Shown here one piece after another: positions 46,553 to 55,594 of a DNA stretch of 64,000 bases (its first letter is position 1; each line of letters begins with the position of its first letter). The translations under genes were made by a program, and so were the position numbers. The notes below the pieces were generated by a model that saw only the letters and a list, made by a program, of their open reading frames with translations, was not told the DNA's origin and did not search any database. The stretch is taken from the IMG/VR virus record IMGVR_UViG_3300025280_000022. One strand, 5' to 3'. Origin of the DNA: a virus.

Positions 46553-48508
46553 ATGAAATACCTCACCTTCTTTTTGCTTGCAATTAAATGTTGGGCATTT
46601 GATCCGCTTGCCCATACAGCCAAAATCGATAGCCTCATCAACCAAGGATTGATGGCCCAGCATATTCCTTCTAATAATATAGCCAAGGACGAAGAATTTG
46701 CAAAAAGGCTCTATTTAAGCGCCGCAGGCCGTCTGCCTACTTATGATGAAATCCTTCAATATGCTCAGGACGGAAGTTCCTACAGGCGCCAAAAACTCAT
46801 AAATAGAATTCTTAACAGCGAAGCTTATGTCTCTAATTATTTTAACTTCTGGGCCGATATTTTAAGAGTACAACGAAATCTTCCCAATAACGCCAATCGT
46901 TATGGTGCGGGAGAGGCATATATCCAATGGATTAAGCGCGCTTTAAGAGACAATATGCCCTACAATGAGCTTGTATACAATTTAGTAACAGCGCGGGGTA
47001 CTCCATGGGAAAATGGCGCCGTGGGGTATTATTTGCGTGACCCTGGAATGAATTTGGATAATACAGCGAGCACAATTCAGGTGTTTTTGGGGACTCGTAT
47101 AGGGTGCGCTCAATGCCACGATCACCCTTTTGATGACTGGACTCAATATGAATATTATGAACTAGCTGCATTTCAATGGGGTGTTGAAACTAGAATAAGC
47201 CCAGAGATGCGGAACATTGTTAATAAAAAAATAAAAGACAATAAATTATTTGCAGGAGACAATAAAAAGAAAAACGAATTAAACAAACTTGTTCGGGAAA
47301 TTTTTGAGCCCGTAAGTCATGGCGTTAAAGCCAACAACAAGAAAAATCTTCAATTACCCCATGACTATAAATATGAAGACGCCAAACCCAAAGAGGTGGT
47401 GGGGGCGAGAGTAATTCTTGGAGACAAGATAGAACTTACGCAGGAGAGCGTCAAAATAGAAGAATTCGGCGAATGGCTCACCAGTCCAACCAACCCCTTC
47501 TTCACCAAAACAATCGCCAATCGCTTGTGGAAAAAAGTCATGGGCGCTGCACTTATCGAACCAATTGATGACATCAAGGCAGATAGCGTTGCGTCGAATC
47601 CGAAACTACTACAAGCCCTTGAGGACACAATGAGGAAAGTAGACTATGATTTAAAAAAATTTTTAGCCATCCTTTACAATACGCAAGCTTTTCAGCGCCA
47701 GGCAGTTCAAGCGGATATCGAGCCAGGGCAGCCCTTTTACTATCAAGGTCCTCTCGTGCAAAGAATGTCAGCTGAACAAATTTGGGATAATGTAGTAACC
47801 TTAATAGTTCCCCGAGCCGACGATAGAAAAAAGTTTCATAATTACGAGAGATTAATAGAAGCCCAGAAGTATGGAAAAGTTGTTGAGGATAAAAGTGCAG
47901 ACGAAATCATAAAGCTGGCGCGTGAAGTAGTAGAAATAGATAGCAAATTTAGCTCTCGACTCGCCGCCCTTAACAAGAAAATTGCCGCCGCCAAGAAAGA
48001 AAAAAATCCTCAACTGCAGAAAGAATTACGTACGCAACTCATTAAGGTCACCAAGGAAAGAAAAAATGCCCGAGGCATGAAGCTCTACGGAATAGATTTT
48101 CGCAAGCTCAAATCCAACAATGATTACGATTTGCCGTGGAAGAAGTACGGCAAACACCTAATTAGGGCGAGCGAGGTAGATTCCCCTGCGCCTGGCAGCC
48201 ATTTTCTTAGAGAATTTGGATCCGCCGATAGAGCCAGTATTGAGTCTAGTCGTCGGGAAGCCACGGTTCCGCAGCTTTTAAGTCTTTTAAATGGCAACCT
48301 CTACCGAGAAATAGCTAACCCGAGCTCCGTCTTGATGGAAAAATTGGCGCAGCATAAAGAGGATAAAACCAAACAAATTAAAATTATTTACCTCAGCATG
48401 CTTTGCAGGCAACCCACGGCCCCCGAGATAGAATTATTTAGGGAAGAGCTCCTGCATGATATCATTTGGGTGATACTCAATACCAAGGAATTTATCTTCA
48501 CGGTTTGA
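46553..48508 (+). CDS. DUF1549 (PSCyt2)/DUF1553 (PSD1) exported protein
   Basis: Signal peptide, 'FAKRLYLSAAGRLPT', 'FWADILR', 'FLGTRIGCAQCHDHPFDDWTQ', 'NPFFTKTIANRLWK', 'RMSAEQIWD', 'TVPQLLSLLNG', 'WVILNTKEFIF'. Confidence 0.92.
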   Translation: MKYLTFFLLAIKCWAFDPLAHTAKIDSLINQGLMAQHIPSNNIAKDEEFAKRLYLSAAGRLPTYDEILQYAQDGSSYRRQKLINRILNSEAYVSNYFNFWADILRVQRNLPNNANRYGAGEAYIQWIKRALRDNMPYNELVYNLVTARGTPWENGAVGYYLRDPGMNLDNTASTIQVFLGTRIGCAQCHDHPFDDWTQYEYYELAAFQWGVETRISPEMRNIVNKKIKDNKLFAGDNKKKNELNKLVREIFEPVSHGVKANNKKNLQLPHDYKYEDAKPKEVVGARVILGDKIELTQESVKIEEFGEWLTSPTNPFFTKTIANRLWKKVMGAALIEPIDDIKADSVASNPKLLQALEDTMRKVDYDLKKFLAILYNTQAFQRQAVQADIEPGQPFYYQGPLVQRMSAEQIWDNVVTLIVPRADDRKKFHNYERLIEAQKYGKVVEDKSADEIIKLAREVVEIDSKFSSRLAALNKKIAAAKKEKNPQLQKELRTQLIKVTKERKNARGMKLYGIDFRKLKSNNDYDLPWKKYGKHLIRASEVDSPAPGSHFLREFGSADRASIESSRREATVPQLLSLLNGNLYREIANPSSVLMEKLAQHKEDKTKQIKIIYLSMLCRQPTAPEIELFREELLHDIIWVILNTKEFIFTV

Positions 48509-48540
48509 GGGTTTGGGTTTTTGGTGTATAATAATATGTA

Positions 48541-49581
48541 ATGTTTCTGAAAAAATTGCTGCCTCTCCTAGGGGTGTTGTTGTCAATCAACACCTTGGGC
48601 GCAGCAGAAAACGAAACACCAGCCCCGTTCTACCTGTGGGGTGGCAGCGGGACCACCACCCCCATTGGAGTAACGAATATTACCCTTCCCGATGGAACCC
48701 CCAAAGACCCAAGTTATACTTTTATATCAAGCTCATACGATCAAGAACTTGCATACTCAGGATTTATTGACGGTATTAATGGGGTGACTTTAACGCTTGA
48801 TGGATTGGTGAATTTCTTCGATGACCCTGGCTATCAGGAAGACGAATTAATAGAAACCCCTCATTTATTAAGGCTCAGGGACGGAAACCCGCTTTATCAT
48901 GGTATGGCATTTCCACTCTTAGGTAATAAGGAGAATGATGTAGTGATAAATGTATCGCCAAATGATATTACAACGTATTTTACCGTAGGTGATGCTGTTG
49001 ATATAATACAAGCCAATACCATCGGTGGCCTTTTGGGAACAGGGGAAAATTTTACGGGGTTAGCGGGAAAGCCAAATCAGGGAGATAATCTTATGATTTG
49101 GACAACTTACGGTTGGAAAACTTATTTCTATTACCAAGATAAATGGCAAACTTTTGGCACTCGAAACGATCAATCCGCTACTATTGTTTATCCTGATGAA
49201 GGGGTGGTATACATAAGAAGAAGTGACGCGCTGACTGTGTCGTTTTCGGGATCTGTCCCCTTTACGGTTCAGTCTTATCGCCCAGGGAGCGATGCGAAAT
49301 TCTTAATGTCTAATCCCTTTCCTATCCCAGCGACTTTAAGTCAACTTATTGACACTAGTTCAAATTGGATGTCGGGAACAATACTGGATGAAATAGACCA
49401 AGTCCTCTTTTGGTCGGGAACTGTGTGGCAAGCATATTATCATAATGGCTCCGATTGGATTAACCTTACAAGTTCAGAAATAGACGATAAAGAGGTGGAG
49501 GGGGGAGAAGCATTCTTCATAGTTAGGGCCGCAAATAGCTCCTTAACTGCGGGCTACAACAAGATAGATATCCCTCAATGA
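48541..49581 (+). CDS. TIGR02597-like verrucomicrobial secreted protein
   Basis: Signal peptide, 'TTPIG', two 'D.(L/V)..W....W..Y(F/Y)Y....W' repeats, 'IVYPDEG...RR', 'NPFP...TLSQL'. Confidence 0.6.
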   Translation: MFLKKLLPLLGVLLSINTLGAAENETPAPFYLWGGSGTTTPIGVTNITLPDGTPKDPSYTFISSSYDQELAYSGFIDGINGVTLTLDGLVNFFDDPGYQEDELIETPHLLRLRDGNPLYHGMAFPLLGNKENDVVINVSPNDITTYFTVGDAVDIIQANTIGGLLGTGENFTGLAGKPNQGDNLMIWTTYGWKTYFYYQDKWQTFGTRNDQSATIVYPDEGVVYIRRSDALTVSFSGSVPFTVQSYRPGSDAKFLMSNPFPIPATLSQLIDTSSNWMSGTILDEIDQVLFWSGTVWQAYYHNGSDWINLTSSEIDDKEVEGGEAFFIVRAANSSLTAGYNKIDIPQ

Positions 49582-49880
49582 AATCGTGCCTGATATTTTA
49601 TCTTGCTGCATTGGCCCTTCTCGGGCAGCCTACGGCAGTAGCCAATACTATTGAAGTTAAAATCAAAGGGGTCGTATGTGCCTTCTGCAGCGTCGGCTTA
49701 AGAAAAAATCTAATCAAGACAGGAAAAGTAAAATCCGTAACATGCAATACAAAAAATAAAATTTCCACAATCCACTTAAAAGAAAACAAAAACCTTTCCG
49801 ATAAAGAAATAAAAGACGCAGTAAAAAAGGCTGGCTATAGCATCTTCGATAAAGGCATCACAAGAAAGCCGTGTAAATGA
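49578..49880 (+). CDS. Exported heavy-metal-associated (HMA, MerP/CopZ-like) protein
   Basis: Signal peptide, 'IKGVVCAFCSVGL', 'IKDAVKKAGY'. Confidence 0.85.
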   Translation: MKSCLIFYLAALALLGQPTAVANTIEVKIKGVVCAFCSVGLRKNLIKTGKVKSVTCNTKNKISTIHLKENKNLSDKEIKDAVKKAGYSIFDKGITRKPCK

Positions 49881-50425
49881 TAAAGTTTGCGTTAATATTT
49901 TCTTTTATTGCCTGCGGGCTTTTTGGGCAACGCGCGAAAGGAGAACGGCCTCCCACTTTTGACTCTCGGCCAATCCCCAAATATACTTATCCTGACAAAA
50001 CAGACAAGGATCTGGCTAAATTATTTAAAGTAAAGCCATGGAACACATCCAAGCTTCTCTGCTTTGACACCCGCTATATAGGGGTGGATTTTAGGTATTT
50101 CACTGAATATGCCGCCTGGTTTAACAAATTTCGCGACAAATATTTCCCCACCCACAAATCTCAGGCATTTGATTGCGATAATTTTGCTTTTCTATACAAA
50201 GACCTGATGATTTCTTCTGTTTTTAAAAAAGATAGCAAAAGACAAATACTCGTGGGAGTATTAGTTGTAAACAGCGAAAAAGAATTTCATGGAATAGGAG
50301 GAGAAGGCATGCATGCATTAAATATAATTCATACGAGCGCAGGCTGGTATGTAGTGGAGCCCCAAAATGGAAAATATACTGAGCTAGAAAACTATACCAA
50401 CCCTATTGTAAAATATATCTTTTAG
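49877..50425 (+). CDS. Exported papain/transglutaminase-like protein (MOA agglutinin C-domain-like)
   Basis: 'FDCDNFA' (Cys), 'HALN' (His), 'VEPQN' (Glu), plus an N-terminal signal. Confidence 0.65.
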   Translation: MIKFALIFSFIACGLFGQRAKGERPPTFDSRPIPKYTYPDKTDKDLAKLFKVKPWNTSKLLCFDTRYIGVDFRYFTEYAAWFNKFRDKYFPTHKSQAFDCDNFAFLYKDLMISSVFKKDSKRQILVGVLVVNSEKEFHGIGGEGMHALNIIHTSAGWYVVEPQNGKYTELENYTNPIVKYIF

Positions 50426-50438
50426 TGTAGTATGATGC

Positions 50439-51689
50439 ATGAATGAGATAGAGCGAAGAGAATTTATATCACTTGCGGCCAAGTCTTTTTTGGGCGTAAC
50501 TGCCGCCGCGAGTTTTGTTCCGCCAGTTTTTGCTGGGGATTTTGTGCCGACGGCGAAGAATGTTATATATCTTTACATGAATGGGGGAATGACCCATCTA
50601 GATACTTTTGATCCTAAGCCAGGAGCGGAAACCCAAGGCCCGACCAAGGCCATTAGAACCAATATAGACGGACTTATTCTCAGCGAAAATTTTCCTAAAC
50701 TGGCACACATTATGGATAAGGTGGCGCTCATTCGTTCGATGAATTCAACCACAGGTGCTCACGGTCAAGGACAATACCTGTTCCACACTAGCTACAAGCC
50801 TCGCAACACCCTTAAGCATCCCTTTTTAGGGGCCTGGATAACTAAATTAAGCGGTAAATTAAACCGTAAATTGCCTGGAAGCGTTGGAGTTTCCACCCCA
50901 AGTAATTTAGCTGGATCAGGTTTTTTTGAATCAATTCATCAACCATTAGTAATAGGGGACCCCAACCAAGGCTTGAAAAACAGCAAGCACCCCGAACAGC
51001 AAAAATTTGATAAAAGGCTGAATCTCTTATCCAAGGCCGAGCAAAACTTTTTAGAAAGATATAAGAATCTTAACGCCATTAAAGCCTATGCGGAAATGTA
51101 TGATGACGCCATTAGCTTGATGTCTAGCGATGATCTTCGCGCTTTCGACTTAAAACAAGAAGATTCCAAAATGCGAGAAATGTACGGGACTGATCGTTTT
51201 GGGCAGGGAGTGCTATTAGCCCGCCGCCTCGTGGATAGAAATGTGCGTTTCGTGGAAGTCCAATATGGAGGATGGGATACCCACCAGAATAATTTTATCA
51301 AGGTGCCGCAACAAACAGCTATTGTAGACCAGGCACTAAGCACCCTTATTCGCGATCTTGAGGCGAGAGGCAAGCTGGACGAAACCCTAATTGTGTTGGC
51401 TACGGAATTTGGGCGAACCCCCAATATAAATAAAAATCAAGGGCGCGATCATTACCCGAAGGCCTTTAGCTGTCTTATGGCGGGAGGAGGCATCAAAGGA
51501 GGAATAGCTTATGGCAAAACCGATCCTCTAGGCAAAGAGGTGATCGAAAATAAAACTTCCATTCAAGACTTTAACGCTACAATTGCTTACGCCATGGGTA
51601 TAGCGCCCAATGAAGTAGTTAATGCGCCAAACGGCAGACCTTTCAAGATGGGGAACGGTGGCGAGCCACTTACCTCTCTCTTTATTTAA
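50439..51689 (+). CDS. DUF1501 protein with Tat signal
   Basis: 'ERREFI', 'AKNVIYLYMNGGMTHLDTFDPKP', 'LARRLV..NVRFVEV', 'GWDTH', 'TEFGRTP', 'GRDHYP', 'MAGGGIKGG'. Confidence 0.93.
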   Translation: MNEIERREFISLAAKSFLGVTAAASFVPPVFAGDFVPTAKNVIYLYMNGGMTHLDTFDPKPGAETQGPTKAIRTNIDGLILSENFPKLAHIMDKVALIRSMNSTTGAHGQGQYLFHTSYKPRNTLKHPFLGAWITKLSGKLNRKLPGSVGVSTPSNLAGSGFFESIHQPLVIGDPNQGLKNSKHPEQQKFDKRLNLLSKAEQNFLERYKNLNAIKAYAEMYDDAISLMSSDDLRAFDLKQEDSKMREMYGTDRFGQGVLLARRLVDRNVRFVEVQYGGWDTHQNNFIKVPQQTAIVDQALSTLIRDLEARGKLDETLIVLATEFGRTPNINKNQGRDHYPKAFSCLMAGGGIKGGIAYGKTDPLGKEVIENKTSIQDFNATIAYAMGIAPNEVVNAPNGRPFKMGNGGEPLTSLFI

Positions 51690-51710
51690 TATAGCATAAA
51701 GAATAAAGCC

Positions 51711-51739
51711 TTGACATTTTAATAATTCCATGTTAAGAT
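51711..51739 (+). promoter_or_regulatory. sigma70 promoter
   Basis: TTGACA-N17-TAAGAT, followed by an AAGGA SD-like sequence and ATG 51774. Confidence 0.7.
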
Positions 51740-51773
51740 ATGACCTTCTTAACATTAAAAAAGGATTATTATT

Positions 51774-53309
51774 ATGAAAAAATTACTTATCGGGTTTATA
51801 GGTTTTATAGTTTTCGCTTCGGTATTACTGGGGGAGCACTCCTCCAAGTTTGTAGTAGCGCATTATGATATGGATAGGAAATCAAGGGAGCAGGTTGTTT
51901 CCCTATGGTTCGATTATCTCAATACAGAGGAAATCCCTCAGGCTTTAATCGCAGAAGCCAGTTCCTCCACCAGCGACAAGGTAGTGCCCGTTGTGGCAGG
52001 CATATATAATGGCGTCAAGTTTGACGGTCTGGTGGCAGATCATGCGGGAATAGGGGTTCATAAGCTGGATCCGTGGCCCAAATCGGGTTTAGTAGGATGG
52101 GGTCTTAGTGGAGGTTCTAGAGGTAAAGGGCTCAGATGTGGGTTTAGAAACCTTCCTACTCAGCCAATATATGAGGCGATGGGGTTCCCAGTTATGGAGT
52201 CGGGGGAGAAATTGGTAATTACTATTAGTGCCATTTTTGCCCAAGGCAAAAAGGTAATCTTGCATGAGGTCGAATTTAATTACGGCAGCTGGAAATATAC
52301 GGCGACTACCCCCATGACGGTAGTGCTGAGCGACGACCCCGAAAAGGAAAAGGCTGAAGAGCCTGTTGAGCAGCCTGTTGAGCAGCCTGTTGAGCGGCCT
52401 GTTGAGCAGCCCCTCGAAGAGGTGGTGACACAAGCTCCCGCTCACCTACGACCCGTTTTTGAATACGGCGCAGCCCCTTTTAAGGGCAACTATACTATCG
52501 ATTTGCCTGAGGGCGAAACTTCGGTTATTCGTGATGGAGATGTTACTGATCCTAATGGAGATATGATTAACCGCGTTCAAGTCACTGGAGGCAGTGATGC
52601 AAATAAGTTCAGGGCTAGTTTCGACTTTATCAAGAACGCCTATACGCTTGATTTTAAAGTGAATTTCGTTCCAGATTATGAGAATCCCGCGGACTTGGAT
52701 GGAGATAATTCTTATGAGGTTATACTTAGGGCTGAAGATGTAACTGGGGCACACGCTTATGCAACTTTTACCGTGAGAATTGGGGATGTAGAAGATGGTG
52801 GGAAGAAGACTTCTCACGCACCCCTTCCCCCAACACCAGTTCCCCCCAAAGTTGTTACCCCGCCTGCTGTAATTAAGAAGCTGCCCCAACTCCCGAGGCG
52901 TTCTCTCCAGTTATTCACTCAAGAAGAAGTGGATAAGCGTATCGCAGCTGTACGCGCCGAACTTTTTACGGCTAAAGAAGTGGATAAGCGTATCGCGGCT
53001 GTGCGGGCAGAGCTTGAGAATCTTGTCGCTCAAGCCCTTGAGCGTGGAAAATCAGAAGGGATCGCCGCCGTTAAGCAGGACCCAGCGGCCTTTGATTTAA
53101 CCGTAGAAACTGCTTCCCCTCCCTTTATCGTAGGTTGGGCTTATGTCGAAAACTTAGGATGGATTTACGTTTCTGCAGAAAATTTCCCTTTTATTTTTGT
53201 GGAAAAATTAAAATCCTGGGTATTGATTCAAGAAGAGGTGGGAGTTTTGGCTTATTTTATCTATAACTCTCAGCAGTGGGTTACTTATTCGGAACTGCTT
53301 ATTTTATAA
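51774..53309 (+). CDS. Secreted/surface protein with cadherin-like domain, Pro-rich linkers and a Trp-rich C-terminal domain
   Basis: Signal peptide, 'PDYENPADLDGDNSYEVILRAED', C-terminal 'GWAYVENLGWIYV...FPFIF...SW'. Confidence 0.75.
   Translation: MKKLLIGFIGFIVFASVLLGEHSSKFVVAHYDMDRKSREQVVSLWFDYLNTEEIPQALIAEASSSTSDKVVPVVAGIYNGVKFDGLVADHAGIGVHKLDPWPKSGLVGWGLSGGSRGKGLRCGFRNLPTQPIYEAMGFPVMESGEKLVITISAIFAQGKKVILHEVEFNYGSWKYTATTPMTVVLSDDPEKEKAEEPVEQPVEQPVERPVEQPLEEVVTQAPAHLRPVFEYGAAPFKGNYTIDLPEGETSVIRDGDVTDPNGDMINRVQVTGGSDANKFRASFDFIKNAYTLDFKVNFVPDYENPADLDGDNSYEVILRAEDVTGAHAYATFTVRIGDVEDGGKKTSHAPLPPTPVPPKVVTPPAVIKKLPQLPRRSLQLFTQEEVDKRIAAVRAELFTAKEVDKRIAAVRAELENLVAQALERGKSEGIAAVKQDPAAFDLTVETASPPFIVGWAYVENLGWIYVSAENFPFIFVEKLKSWVLIQEEVGVLAYFIYNSQQWVTYSELLIL
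52359..52418 (+). repeat. 12-bp tandem repeat x5 (E/Q/R-P-V-E linker)
   Basis: gagcctgttgag, cagcctgttgag x2, cggcctgttgag, cagcccctcgaa. Confidence 0.9.
52911..53015 (+). repeat. 51-bp tandem duplication (LFTxxEVDKRIAAVRAE x2)
   Basis: AAGAAGTGGATAAGCGTATCGC at 52924 and 52975. Confidence 0.85.
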
Positions 53310-53327
53310 TAATCCCTCCTCACTCGG

Positions 53328-53362
53328 AGCAGGGCGTCCTTCGGGGCGCCCTGCTTTTTTTT
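53328..53362 (+). terminator. Strong intrinsic terminator
   Basis: AGCAGGGCGTCC-TTCG-GGGCGCCCTGCT followed by a T-run, cUUCGg loop. Confidence 0.92.
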
Positions 53363-53397
53363 ATTTAAAAATCACTTTTTCACCTTACTATAAGTAG

Positions 53398-54132
53398 ATG
53401 GCCAAAAAATCTTCTCAGAAAACTCAAAAAGAAATTGATGCGCAAGTTGCCAAGACCCTTGCAGAAGCGCATAGGGCGGAGGCAGAAAAGAAGAAGATCG
53501 AAGCAGAAACCGAACGCATCCTTTCCGATATTGAAAGGTATAAGGTAAACCAGCGTATTTCTGAAATTGATTTAGAAAAAAAAGAAAAAGAGCTGCGAAG
53601 AGAAGCGGCCTGTGACTCTGAAAATATGGTTTATCGATTCAATACCGCAGTTGACAAAACCCATGTTCACCAATGCATGCATACATTAACCCAATGGTCT
53701 CGACGACACCCTAAGTGCGATATTGAAATAGTTTTTTCTTCGGGCGGAGGTAGTATTACGGATGGGTTTGAGCTTTTCGATTTCATTCAGGAACTACGGG
53801 AGAAGGATCATAAAGTAACCACGGGCTCTCTCGGGATGGCAGCCTCAATGGCGGGTATTTTACTTCAAGCAGGGGAACATCGGTGGATAGGGCACCAAGC
53901 CTGGATGATGATTCATCGAGCTGCTTTCGGGGTAATAGGCAAGACTTTCATAATCGAAGATGAAGTGGCATGGATTAAAAGAATTGAAGATAGGATTTTA
54001 GATATTTTCGTAAAAAGGTCTAACCTGAGTCGATTAAAAATTAAAAGAAACTGGGACCGCAAAGACTGGTGGATTTCTTCCGATGAAGCCCTGGAACTAG
54101 GTTTAGTAGATGAAGTTAAGGGTAAAATCTAA
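53398..54132 (+). CDS. ClpP-like serine protease with N-terminal coiled coil
   Basis: 'SSGGGS..DG', 'GMAASMA' (Ser), 'MMIH' (His), 'RKDWWISSDEALELGLVDEV' (Asp). Confidence 0.9.
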   Translation: MAKKSSQKTQKEIDAQVAKTLAEAHRAEAEKKKIEAETERILSDIERYKVNQRISEIDLEKKEKELRREAACDSENMVYRFNTAVDKTHVHQCMHTLTQWSRRHPKCDIEIVFSSGGGSITDGFELFDFIQELREKDHKVTTGSLGMAASMAGILLQAGEHRWIGHQAWMMIHRAAFGVIGKTFIIEDEVAWIKRIEDRILDIFVKRSNLSRLKIKRNWDRKDWWISSDEALELGLVDEVKGKI

Positions 54133-54445
54133 ACGAAGACCCCCCTTTCTTCAAAAAGAGTGTATATCTTTACAAGATGGCCAGGTTAATATTAAAAACG
54201 GCTAGGCTCCTAGTAAAGTCGGCAGCCAATAAAATATTCATGTTAAGGAATTCTGTTTCCTGTGGTTAATATACTTACCCATCTAGAAAAGTGGCTCGAT
54301 AAAAAGATCCAAGAAGCTGAAGACAAAAGCGACAGCTTTAAACAGTATGAGGCATCCCCATCCCTTCGTGCCAGTGGGGGGCATAAAGTTTTTACTTGCA
54401 TTGGCGACCTAAATGCTCTAGTATATAGTGCAGGCAAAAGCGACG

Positions 54446-55594
54446 ATGAAAACCCTACACCTAGCCCCACAGAAGACCACGTGCGGTATAGCCACTTATA
54501 CCGCAAATTTAATAAACGGGCTCAAAAAATATTGTGATAAAAAGTTTTTCGGACTCCCAGAATACAAACACTGGACTAACGAATTAGTAGCCCTTCCCAC
54601 TCGCGATGAGCTAAATTTCCTTTCAGAGGAGGAGCTTAAAAATTTTTTCATTAGTTTTTGCAAAAAAGCTCGAAGCTTCGACGCGGTCCATATTCAAAAC
54701 GAATGGGGACTTTTTGGCGATACGGGCGCCTCCCTCCAAGATAGTTTAAATAATTTTACTTTTTTAATCGAAAACCTATTGCCTTTAAACAAAAATGTTA
54801 CTGTTACTTTTCACAGTGAGCCTGATTTTCTAGTTCGGGACGGTCTTCTTAATAGAGAAGAAAGAAGAGCGGCTAAAATATGGAAAAAAAAGCTTCTTCC
54901 GCTTTGTTCCAAGCTTAAGGCGGTTGTTCACTCCCAAATAACTAAAAAAAGATTTATAAAAAGTGGTTTTGAGGCTAAAAATCTTTATGTCATAACCCAT
55001 GGAGTGCTGGAGAATCGTTTTCTTAAGGAACGTTCGCGAGACGATAATAATATAATTATTTCACTGTTTGGGCATCTTGCTTCTTATAAGGGTTATGAAT
55101 TAGCTCTAGATGTTCTAAAGTTATTGCCGCCTCATTATAGGCTTTGCATTATTGGTGGGCGCCATCCGCGCAGTACAGGCAGCGAAATAAATGATTTCCT
55201 CTTATTGGTGAGGAAATTGGAATTAGAAGATCAAGTTTTACTAACAGGAGAGGTAAATGACGAAGAAGCGGCTTTTTATCATGGCAATACCGATATTTGC
55301 ATAGCGCCCCATCAAGCCGATCGCTTATCTGCCTCGGGAGCCATTACCTGGAGCCTTACGGCGGGCTGTCCTGTAATCGCTAGTAACGTCGAAGCCTTTC
55401 GCGATATTCAACGTCAAGAGAATTGCCTCCTATTATGTGACAAAAACTCTCCTCACGAATGGGCGTGGGCCATTCAGCGCTGCGGGACCGACGGCATGCT
55501 GCGAAAAAAGCTGATCGCAGGAGCTTCCAAATATTGTGAAAAATTTTCATGGAGCAACGTAGCGCCGCTTCACGTAAATGTATATAAGTCTTGA
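54446..55594 (+). CDS. GT4 glycosyltransferase
   Basis: 'CGIATYT', 'VHIQNEWGLF', 'FGHLASYKG', 'SASGA...PVIAS'. ATG 54446 chosen over GTG 54428. Confidence 0.88.
   Translation: MKTLHLAPQKTTCGIATYTANLINGLKKYCDKKFFGLPEYKHWTNELVALPTRDELNFLSEEELKNFFISFCKKARSFDAVHIQNEWGLFGDTGASLQDSLNNFTFLIENLLPLNKNVTVTFHSEPDFLVRDGLLNREERRAAKIWKKKLLPLCSKLKAVVHSQITKKRFIKSGFEAKNLYVITHGVLENRFLKERSRDDNNIIISLFGHLASYKGYELALDVLKLLPPHYRLCIIGGRHPRSTGSEINDFLLLVRKLELEDQVLLTGEVNDEEAAFYHGNTDICIAPHQADRLSASGAITWSLTAGCPVIASNVEAFRDIQRQENCLLLCDKNSPHEWAWAIQRCGTDGMLRKKLIAGASKYCEKFSWSNVAPLHVNVYKS

Noticed and set aside
26595-51689. Bacterial chromosome (O-antigen locus plus PVC genes) rather than phage
   Set aside because: No wzx/wzy/priming GT or housekeeping genes. 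The region is interleaved with tail and virion genes and shares the GTGTA motif with them. A chimeric assembly cannot be fully excluded without reads.
52359-53015. CRISPR-like array
   Set aside because: Repeats are tandem, in-frame and coding, with no unique spacers. No CRISPR array was seen elsewhere.
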